A DNA stretch of 10,642 bases. Source: Candidatus Rokuibacteriota bacterium. GTDB taxonomy: Bacteria > Methylomirabilota > Methylomirabilia > Rokubacteriales > CSP1-6. Within the stretch, counting starts at the first letter, position 1; each line of letters begins with the position of its first letter. Location of the stretch: NCBI GenBank assembly GCA_016184305.1, contig JACPCX010000098.1, positions 1 through 10,642 on the forward strand, read 5' to 3'. The notes under the pieces are model-generated. The model did no database searches. It was given only the letters and a program-made list of their open reading frames with translations, and was not told the origin of the DNA. The position numbers were made by a program, and so were the translations under genes. Of the stretch, positions 1 through 6,376 are shown piece by piece.

Positions 1-2
1 TC

Positions 3-74
3 CCCAAGGAGAGAGGGGAGTTCGAGTTCGCCTGCCAGATGGGCATGTTACGCGGCAAGATTGTGGTGGAGTAG
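3..74 (+). CDS. Cupredoxin-domain protein, C-terminal end (5' partial, runs off the window)
   Basis: Manual translation from base 3 gives PKERGEFEFACQMGMLRGKIVVE*. The GxFxFxCxMGMxxGxIxV ending is typical of Cupredoxin_1/CupA-like Cu-binding domains. Stop TAG at 72-74, 7 nt before the next ATG. Confidence 0.8.
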   Translation, partial: PKERGEFEFACQMGMLRGKIVVE

Positions 75-81
75 CCAGCAG

Positions 82-990
82 ATGCGACTCGTACCGTCCT
101 TCGCGATTGCCCTGCTGACGGTGACGGCGGCCTCCGCCCAGCCCGAGGCCGTCGAGGTTCATCACATCCACGGGCTTTCCTTCGATCGGCGTGAACCCGG
201 GGCGCTCCTGGTGGCCACGCATACAGGGCTTGCGCGAATCCGGCCCGGCGTGAATCCAGAGTGGGTCGGCGCAAGCCGATTCGATCTCATGGGCTTCACG
301 GTGCCCCCGGCTAGCCTTGGGATGCTCTACGCGAGCGGCCATCCTGATCTCGTCGCCTACCGGAACGAAGGCCACGGGAACCTCGGCTTGCTCCTGAGCC
401 GCGATGGCGGCCGGACCTGGGAGGGTGTGGCTCTGAAGGGCCAGGCGGACTTTCACGCGCTCACATACAGCCCGGACCGCGGGGGAGAGCTCTTCGGCTG
501 GAGTGTCGCCGGGCAAACCGGTCTTCATCGCATCTCGACCAAGACATGGGCAGCGGAGCGGCTCCCTGCCCAGGGCCTCAGAGACGTCTTGGCCCTGGCG
601 GCCAGTCACGACCTGCCGAGCCGACTGCTGGCCGGCGCGCCGGGCGGCCTCCTGCTGAGCCAAGACCGGGGTCTGAGCTGGCGTCCGGTCTCAGGTATCC
701 CGCGTGATGTCCAGGTGACGGCAGTGGCGTTCAGTCCCACCGAGAAGAGGCGCGTGTACGTCTACGTTGCCCGTGCTGGCTTTGGCCTGATGCGCAGCGA
801 CGATGCCGGCGCGACGTGGCGACCGACCGGGCTGGCGACGCCGCCCAGCCAACAGGTGATCGCCATCGCACCAGGGCCCGCCGGCAAGGTGGCGGTCGCA
901 ACGACAGTTGCGTCCGTGTTTGCGTCAGCTGACGGAGGGCAGTCGTGGAGACTCGTGCTCGACAGGGGGCGTGTCCCCACGACCCGGTGA
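82..990 (+). CDS. Secreted beta-propeller (BNR/Asp-box repeat) protein, F510_1955-like family
   Basis: ATG at 82 gives a Sec signal peptide (MRLVPSFAIALLTVTAASA/Q). Motifs HHIHGL, LLVATHTGL, DLMGF, YASGHP, DFHAL, and four Asp-boxes (SRDGGRTW, SQDRGLSW, SDDAGATW, SADGGQSW). The track start at 61 overlaps the upstream gene. Confidence 0.85.
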   Translation: MRLVPSFAIALLTVTAASAQPEAVEVHHIHGLSFDRREPGALLVATHTGLARIRPGVNPEWVGASRFDLMGFTVPPASLGMLYASGHPDLVAYRNEGHGNLGLLLSRDGGRTWEGVALKGQADFHALTYSPDRGGELFGWSVAGQTGLHRISTKTWAAERLPAQGLRDVLALAASHDLPSRLLAGAPGGLLLSQDRGLSWRPVSGIPRDVQVTAVAFSPTEKRRVYVYVARAGFGLMRSDDAGATWRPTGLATPPSQQVIAIAPGPAGKVAVATTVASVFASADGGQSWRLVLDRGRVPTTR

Positions 991-1184
991 TCGGTACCGC
1001 CCGGAAGGCTCACACGGAGGTCTCACAATTGAGAGCGTACGGGGGCTCTTCTTGTGAATCTCACGCAACCCCGGGGCCGGTGAAACCGGCTCGCGGAGTG
1101 ATGCGGAAAGGGGGTGGGTGACGGTCTACGCGGCGTGACAAATGCTCTGCTGTGACTCATGCTGTCAATTGGAGGTCCGGACTG

Positions 1185-1493
1185 ATGCAGGTGATGAGGA
1201 TGATGGCGGTGGTGATGCTCGTGGTCGCCGTGGCGACGACGGGGTACGCCCAGAGCGGAGCGATGGCTCCTGAGCAAATGAAGATGATGAGCGACCAGAT
1301 GAAGACGATGAGCGACCAGATGAAGGGCGGGAAGATGGCCCCCGACCAGATGAAGATGATGGGCGAGCACATGCAAATGATGGCCGATCGGATGAAGGAT
1401 GGCCAGATGACCCCTGACCAGATGAAGAAGATGAGCGAGCACATGAAGATGATGACCGAGCACATGAAAGGCAAGATGAAGGGCAAGATGTAG
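1185..1493 (+). CDS. Small secreted methionine-rich repeat protein, putative Cu(I)/Ag(I) binder
   Basis: GGAGG at 1171-1175, ATG at 1185, 22-aa signal peptide ending TGYA. The 80-aa mature part has 24 Met, 3 His and no Cys. Confidence 0.85.
   Translation: MQVMRMMAVVMLVVAVATTGYAQSGAMAPEQMKMMSDQMKTMSDQMKGGKMAPDQMKMMGEHMQMMADRMKDGQMTPDQMKKMSEHMKMMTEHMKGKMKGKM
1263..1478 (+). repeat. Three tandem 72-nt (24-aa) intragenic repeats with nested 21-nt (7-aa) periodicity
   Basis: Units start at 1263, 1335 and 1407: MAPEQMKMMSDQMKTMSDQMKGGK / MAPDQMKMMGEHMQMMADRMKDGQ / MTPDQMKKMSEHMKMMTEHMKGKM. gatgagcgaccagatgaag recurs at 1286 and 1307. Confidence 0.9.
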
Positions 1494-1518
1494 TCGTTCG
1501 CCCGAGACACGCATTGCG

Positions 1519-1563
1519 GCGGTCCCTCGATGGGCGATGGGGTGTCGCCCGTCGGGGGACCGC
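1519..1563 (+). terminator. Strong 19-bp hairpin downstream of the Met-rich gene (terminator or mRNA 3' stabiliser)
   Basis: gcggtccctcgatgggcga (1519-1537) pairs with tcgcccgtcgggggaccgc (1545-1563), with two G-U pairs and a 7-nt loop. No immediate U-tract; ttcttt lies about 10 nt later. Confidence 0.65.
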
Positions 1564-1872
1564 GAGCCTGCATTCTTTATGAACGCCACCAGTGATCGTG
1601 ACGCAACCCCGCAGAGCGTTGTGGGCGCACGTTGGGGCGCGACGACGGCGCCCCGAGCAGTACTCCAACCAGTGAGAGGCCGGAGCCTCTGACCAGGCGC
1701 CCCGGCCGCTCGTGAGAGGGCGAAGATCTGCCCGTGAGGAAGGAAAACGGCATGCGTCGACGACGGATGGCATGGGGTCGTGTGGTGATGGGACTGGGAG
1801 TATGGGCGCGCTCCGAAGCGCGGCCACGAGGGAAGTTCCGTGCCCGCGGATTCCCCGGAGATCTGGTTCAGT

Positions 1873-1950
1873 GAGCTGGCGGGGCGCGTCGTCTTCGTGA
1901 CCGGAGACAGCCCGGACCTTCGAACGAAGGGGTTCCTCGAGACTCGGCAT
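1873..1950 (+). pseudogene. Possible relic of a response-regulator receiver domain (C-terminal part)
   Basis: The frame reads ELAGRVVFVTGDSPDLRTKGFLETRH, resembling the 'R(I/V)VF(I/V)TGD...T..FLE' beta4-alpha4 segment of receiver domains. It has no convincing start and no KP motif. Confidence 0.3.
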
Positions 1951-1966
1951 CCGAGGGGAGCTGCGA

Positions 1967-1995
1967 TTGACAGCCCTGAGACGCCGTGGTAAGCC
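1967..1995 (+). promoter_or_regulatory. Candidate sigma-70 promoter for the leader/exosortase operon
   Basis: Perfect TTGACA at 1967-1972, a 17-nt spacer containing the extended -10 TG at 1987-1988, and -10 TAAGCC at 1990-1995. The next ATG is at 2018. Confidence 0.5.
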
Positions 1996-2017
1996 GAAGG
2001 CACACTGGGATGCGCGC

Positions 2018-2281
2018 ATGAAGCGATTTCTCGTGATTCTCTTTGTGTGTCTGCTCGGAGCAGGGGTCGCGGGCTGCGCGCTGCATCCCGACGGCCTCCT
2101 GGGCGACCAGTCCACGGCGGGCGTGGCGCACGGACCGGCGTGCGCCTACTCGCTCACCGCGACGGCGTTCGCCGCCCTCCCGGTCTTGCCGTTCGCCGAA
2201 TGGCTGGTGCGTCCCGGCCGGCTCCCGCGCCTGCCGATCCGGGCGGGCTCGCTCTTCCAGCCCCCGGAGCACTCCGCGTAG
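2018..2281 (+). CDS. Small exported protein / putative regulatory leader with C-terminal FQPP motif (DUF2946/CruR/CutF-like architecture)
   Basis: 87 aa from ATG 2018: MKR plus hydrophobic signal with possible lipobox VAGC, then CxxH (C20,H23), HxxxC (H38,C42), and a Pro-rich C-terminus ending GSLFQPPEHSA. It lies directly after the candidate promoter. Confidence 0.65.
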   Translation: MKRFLVILFVCLLGAGVAGCALHPDGLLGDQSTAGVAHGPACAYSLTATAFAALPVLPFAEWLVRPGRLPRLPIRAGSLFQPPEHSA

Positions 2282-2430
2282 TTCTCGCTGAGGCTGGCGT
2301 CCCGTCGCCTCGACCGGGGACGACCGGCGCCTGACACGCGTCCCCGTTCTTCGCTGGATCCGAACGCTTATCGGGGCCTTCTTCGCCCGGCGTAACCGGC
2401 CGTGCGTGTGGCCCCGCGGAGGTGAGAGAG

Positions 2431-3300
2431 ATGACCTTCGGGCACCACGGTCGAGCGGTCCCGCGGCCGGACCTGGCCCCTTGGGCCTGGCTGGGTCTGG
2501 GAGTGGCGGGCGTCTTCGTGGCCTACGCCCCGGTGGTCCCTTCCATGGTTGCCGAGTGGGTGGAGTTCCCGAGCCTCTCGCACGGATTCGCCATCCCGCT
2601 CATTGCGGCGTTCCTCGTGTGGGGTCGCCGCGCCCGGATCGCGGCTGAGCGTGTCGGGACTTCGGCGATCGGGATTCCGCTGGTGGCGCTCGGGCTCATG
2701 CTCCTGGTAGTCGGTTCTCTGGGGGGCGAGTCTTTCCTGGCCCGGGTCTCATTGCCGCTGACCCTGCTCGGCACCGTGCTGTACCTGGCCGGCCCCGGGG
2801 TGACACGACACGTCTGGGCAGGGATCGCCTACCTGATCTTCATGGTTCCGCTCCCGTTCGTCATCTTGAAGCCATTGACCTACCAGTCGCAGCTCTTCGA
2901 CGCGACGCTCACCGCCAGGGCCCTCCCGTGGCTGGGCGTGCCTGTCCTGCAGGAGGGAATCTTCCTGCATCTCCCGAACATCAGCCTGGAGGTCGCGCCG
3001 GATTGCAGCAGCGTGCCGGCCATCGCAGCCCTGGCGGCCCTGGGCGCCGCGTATGCTCAGTTGAAGCCCCGCCCGGCATGGATCCGGGTGCTCCTCGTCG
3101 TCGCAGCAGTTCCGCTGGGGCTGGGCTCGAATCTCGCCCGCATCATCCTCACCGCGCTCAGCGCGTACCACTTCGGTCGAGCCGCCCTGGACAACGTGGT
3201 CCACATGTTCAACGGGACCACGGTATTCCTGGCGACGGTCGCATTGCTGGTCGTCCTCGACACCGTCTTGCTCCGGCTCGACCGGACGAAAGCAGGATAG
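2431..3300 (+). CDS. Exosortase (EpsH/archaeosortase family) polytopic membrane transpeptidase
   Basis: GGAGGTG at 2418-2424 then ATG 2431. About 8 hydrophobic segments, motifs SHGFAIP and FMVPLP, and the catalytic triad Cys (VAPDCSS, 3004), Arg (NLARI, 3139), His (VHMFNG, 3202). Confidence 0.92.
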   Translation: MTFGHHGRAVPRPDLAPWAWLGLGVAGVFVAYAPVVPSMVAEWVEFPSLSHGFAIPLIAAFLVWGRRARIAAERVGTSAIGIPLVALGLMLLVVGSLGGESFLARVSLPLTLLGTVLYLAGPGVTRHVWAGIAYLIFMVPLPFVILKPLTYQSQLFDATLTARALPWLGVPVLQEGIFLHLPNISLEVAPDCSSVPAIAALAALGAAYAQLKPRPAWIRVLLVVAAVPLGLGSNLARIILTALSAYHFGRAALDNVVHMFNGTTVFLATVALLVVLDTVLLRLDRTKAG

Positions 3301-3306
3301 GGGTAC

Positions 3307-3954
3307 GTGGGCTGGCGTGCGTCGATGGTGCTGCTCCTCATGGCGATGGCTTTCGGGGTGATTGCACTTGTGCCGCCGGTCCAGGACGGTGACCGCGGCT
3401 TCGGGGTGAACGCCATTCCGGCCAGCCTTGCGGGCTGGGCGGCCACGGATGGGGCTCCCGAGGAAGCGTTGCCGAGGGACCCGAACGAGACGGTGTCGTT
3501 CCGGCGCACGTATCGGGAGGGCGACAGGGTCGCCTGGGTGTCCGTGGCGTTGTTCGTGCGGCAGGACGACCCGAAGCGGAGGGCCTCCCTCAACCTCGTT
3601 CACCCCGAGGCGAACGCGAAGCGGATCGAAGGGATGAGGGTCCCGATCTCGCTGACGGGGCCTGCGGACACCTCCGTGACGCTGCCGGCGAAGGTCATCC
3701 ACACGGGCGAAGGCCGGCTGCTGGTGGTCCACTGGTATCAGATCGGCGGTCGGATCTATGGCAGCGAGTACTGGTACCGGCTGGCGCTCTTGCGTGATGT
3801 CCTGGTCGACCGGCGGGCCGACACGGTACTGGTGCGAATCGCGGCTCCGGCGGATCGAGGCGGGCCGGAGGGAGCCCTCCGTGTCGTCGCGACCCTGGCG
3901 CCGCCCCTCTACGCTTCGGTGAGCGCCGCGCTGGCCGAAGGTCGTGCGCGATGA
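3307..3954 (+). CDS. epsI: Exosortase-associated EpsI-family protein
   Basis: Starts 6 nt after the exosortase stop. N-terminal TM/signal, IPASLAGW, RRTY, VHWYQIGGR, SEYWYRL and RRADTVLVRI match the EpsI pattern. Confidence 0.85.
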   Translation: MGWRASMVLLLMAMAFGVIALVPPVQDGDRGFGVNAIPASLAGWAATDGAPEEALPRDPNETVSFRRTYREGDRVAWVSVALFVRQDDPKRRASLNLVHPEANAKRIEGMRVPISLTGPADTSVTLPAKVIHTGEGRLLVVHWYQIGGRIYGSEYWYRLALLRDVLVDRRADTVLVRIAAPADRGGPEGALRVVATLAPPLYASVSAALAEGRAR

Positions 3955-4211
3955 CGTACGTGGCGCAGACTCGCTATGTGGATCGCGCCCTTGCCATGGA
4001 CCCGGACAATCTCCACGCACTCTGGGTCAAGGCCGTGAGCCTGTTCGAGGCCAGGGCCCACTACGCCGAGTCCATTCCGGTGTGGGAGCGTTTTCTCGGG
4101 CTGGTGCCGGAATCCACCACGGACGCCGCCACCGCTCGTGGTTATGTCTTGCGGGCCAGGGAGCGGCTCAGGGGCGCGCAGAGGCCAGCCCCGGGAAAGG
4201 GATCGCCATGA
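3951..4211 (+). CDS. Short TPR protein (CcmI/NrfG-like C-terminal repeats), probably truncated
   Basis: ATGA overlaps at both ends. YVDRALAMDPDNLHALWVKAVSLF..HYAESIPVWERFLGLVP is TPR-like. No signal or TM segment. Confidence 0.6.
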   Translation: MTYVAQTRYVDRALAMDPDNLHALWVKAVSLFEARAHYAESIPVWERFLGLVPESTTDAATARGYVLRARERLRGAQRPAPGKGSP

Positions 4212-4726
4212 GCAACGGGCAAGAGCGTCGCATCAAGAAGGACAGGAAACACCAGGAGCGGCTGGCTGCCGAGCGGCGAAGGGGGCGTGGACGGATCGCG
4301 AAACGGTGGGGCCTCTACGCGGCCGTAGGCCTGCTGGTCGTCGGGGGCGGCGGCGTGCTTGTCACGAAGGCAGTCACGGCGAAGATCTACCCGCCCACGG
4401 GCATGAATCCCCACGTCGAGTCCTACCCCGCGTGCCGGATCTGCCCGTCGTCGATTCCCGAGGAGATGCAGCGGCACATCCTGGAACACCGGGAGCCGGG
4501 AGGACCTGACGACCGGCCCGGCATCATCGTCCAGTACAGCTGCAGCGCCTGCCCCGAGGTGGTCGCGAAGTTGACGCGCATCGTGGAACGCTATCCCAGG
4601 GGCGTCTACCTTGCGCCGTACCCGCGGATGAGTCCGCGCGTGGCGCTGACCACGCTCGGCGTGCTCGAGGCCATGGAGGACGTCGATGAGAGCCGCATCG
4701 TGGCGTTCATCCAGAAACATCTGTGA
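4208..4726 (+). CDS. Membrane-anchored DUF3105-like protein with two CxxC motifs
   Basis: ATG 4208 overlaps the upstream stop. Basic N-terminus, one TM helix, then HILEH, GIIVQYSCSACPE, YLAPYPRM, VALTTLG and IVAFI, typical of DUF3105. Additional CRIC motif. Confidence 0.75.
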   Translation: MSNGQERRIKKDRKHQERLAAERRRGRGRIAKRWGLYAAVGLLVVGGGGVLVTKAVTAKIYPPTGMNPHVESYPACRICPSSIPEEMQRHILEHREPGGPDDRPGIIVQYSCSACPEVVAKLTRIVERYPRGVYLAPYPRMSPRVALTTLGVLEAMEDVDESRIVAFIQKHL

Positions 4727-4756
4727 GAGAGAACGCCTGTGCATGGAGGACATCGG

Positions 4757-5851
4757 ATGAATGAGATCGCTGCACGAGTGACGCAGGTGCTGCTCCTCAC
4801 GGGGTTGCTGCTGGGGATCCTTCCCGCCGCGGCCCAGGCGGAGACACCCGACCCTCACGCGTACCTCACGGCTGCGGCCGTCCGGAAGATTCCTCGCCTC
4901 CCGGACACCGTGGTGATCAGGCCCACCGGGCGAACCCGCGAATACACGCTCGACATCCGGCCGGGGCCGTGGGAGCCCGCGAAGGGGGTCATTGCAGCGG
5001 CCATCACCATCAACGGGACGGTGCCGGGGCCCGTGATCCGCGCGGCCGAAGGCGACAGGGTCGTCGTGACGGTGAAGAACAACCTGGAGGAGTCCACCGC
5101 GATTCACTGGCACGGGCTTCACGTGCCCAACGCGATGGATGGGGTGGAGGGTCTCACCCAGGAGGGGATCAACCCCGGCCAGGCATTTCGATACGAGTTC
5201 CTCGCCAGCCACGCGGGCACCTTCATGTACCACTCCCATTCCCATGCGCGGTCCGTGGAGCAGATCGACGCCGGCCTGTACGGGATGTTCATCATCGACC
5301 CCCAGAATACCCGGGGGCATCCGAGGTTCGACCGGGAGGTGCTCATGATGCTCTCCGCCTGGGCCATCGCCGATGGAGGCGGACACGGCGCCACGCCGGG
5401 CGGCCATGGCAACGCGATGGCGGGGATGGCGTACAACTACTTCACCATCAACGGCAAGGCGTATCCGGACACGCCGGAGTGGACGGTCAAGAAGGGTGAG
5501 GTCGTGCGGGTGCGGATCGCCAACGTGTCGAACCTCATCCATCCCATGCACCTGCACGGGCACGACTTCGCGGTCCTGGCCAAGGACGGGGAACCGCTGA
5601 AGAACCCCCAGCCGATGAACACCGTGAACGTGGCGCCTGGAGAGACCTATGACATCGCGTTCGTCGCGAACAACCCAGGCGCGTGGATGTTCCACTGCCA
5701 CGAGCTTCACCACACCATGAACGGCTCGAGCCAGCCAGGCGGCCTCATCCAGATCATCCGCTACGAAGGTGGGCCGCCGCCAGCTCAGCCGAGCTCGGCT
5801 CCGCGCCCGGCGCCCCCGTCCGGGGGCGGAGGCCGCGGGCGCGGTCACTGA
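4757..5851 (+). CDS. Two-domain multicopper oxidase (small-laccase-like, type B)
   Basis: GGAGG at 4745-4749, ATG 4757, signal peptide ending AAAQA. Motifs HWH (5105), YHSH (5228), HPMHLH (5540), HCHELHH (5693). The T1 Cys is present only in domain 2. Confidence 0.92.
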   Translation: MNEIAARVTQVLLLTGLLLGILPAAAQAETPDPHAYLTAAAVRKIPRLPDTVVIRPTGRTREYTLDIRPGPWEPAKGVIAAAITINGTVPGPVIRAAEGDRVVVTVKNNLEESTAIHWHGLHVPNAMDGVEGLTQEGINPGQAFRYEFLASHAGTFMYHSHSHARSVEQIDAGLYGMFIIDPQNTRGHPRFDREVLMMLSAWAIADGGGHGATPGGHGNAMAGMAYNYFTINGKAYPDTPEWTVKKGEVVRVRIANVSNLIHPMHLHGHDFAVLAKDGEPLKNPQPMNTVNVAPGETYDIAFVANNPGAWMFHCHELHHTMNGSSQPGGLIQIIRYEGGPPPAQPSSAPRPAPPSGGGGRGRGH

Positions 5852-5920
5852 TGCCGTCTACCCCGCCTCCCGTCAGGCTGACCGACCTGGTCGTTGCTGT
5901 CGATGGCGCTGTGATCGTGA

Positions 5921-6085
5921 GCCGCCCTTTCCAGTTCTCTCGGGGTCAAGGGCGATGTGATCGTCCTCGCGGACCCGGTCACGTCGGGTCAGGTCGCCGC
6001 GGCCGTCGTGCTCGCGGCCGCTGGGCTGCTGCTGATGCAACCGTGTCGAAGCCACCCCTCTCGGGAGAGTGAACATGACACGTGA
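5921..6085 (+). pseudogene. C-terminal fragment of a membrane protein, possibly Lgt-family
   Basis: The frame reads ...GVKGDVIVLADPVTSGQVAAAVVLAAAGLLLMQPCRSHPSRESEHDT*. This resembles the 'F.RGD....T..Q + final TM helix' end of Lgt. In-frame stop upstream at 5918-5920. Confidence 0.3.
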
Positions 6086-6376
6086 GCGCGCGTCCGTGCG
6101 CTGTACGAAGAGTTCAAGAGCCGCGGCTTCGTCCTGCTGCTTGTGAACATGGGGGAGGGTCCGGAGATGGTCCGCCGGGCGGTGAAGGCGCGGGGCTACA
6201 CCGCGCCCGTGCTGCTGGATGTCGACCGAGAGGGGTCGGATGCCTACGCGGTCACTGCTACGCCGACGGTGTACGTCCTGGATCGAAGCCTCCGCATCGT
6301 CGGCCGGGCGATCGGGCGGCGCGACTGGGCGTCGGAGCCGGGTCGCCGGCTGATCGCCGCGCTGCTCAAGCCATGA
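6075..6376 (+). pseudogene. TlpA/ResA-like redoxin lacking its N-terminal half and CxxC
   Basis: 6095-6376 reads RALYEEFKSRGFVLLLVNMGE...PVLLD...YAVTATPTVYVLDR...GRAIGRRDW, a typical TlpA C-terminal half. No WCxxC in any + frame upstream. Orphan RBS and ATG at 6075 are out of frame. The stop overlaps the ccdA start. Confidence 0.75.

Noticed and set aside
1263..1478. CRISPR array or non-coding tandem repeat
   Set aside because: The repeats are in-frame multiples of 3 inside a gene with a signal peptide, and there are no unique spacers.
4142..5848. 568-aa minus-strand ORF, and similar ones at 2749-4020, 6244-7122, 1023-2003 and 1165-2115
   Set aside because: They overlap well-supported + strand genes. 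The His-rich or Ser-rich repeats in 1023-2003 and 1165-2115 are simply the reverse complement of the ATG-rich Met repeats.
4757..5851. Copper nitrite reductase (nirK), tempting given the NXR-like neighbour
   Set aside because: NirK has its T1 Cys in domain 1. Here domain 1 has HSH and domain 2 has HCH, with the full set of HxH trinuclear-cluster motifs of a two-domain MCO.
6083..6085. In-frame TGA before the TlpA half as a selenocysteine codon
   Set aside because: The context HDT*ARVRALY has no W-U-x-x-C, the spacing to the LY helix is too short, and the preceding beta strands of the redoxin fold are absent.
6082..6372. N-terminal extension of CcdA shown in the ORF track (likewise 3944-4207 for the DUF3105-like protein)
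   Set aside because: These extensions overlap other coding frames and look non-protein-like. The ATGA-coupled starts at 6373 and 4208 fit better.
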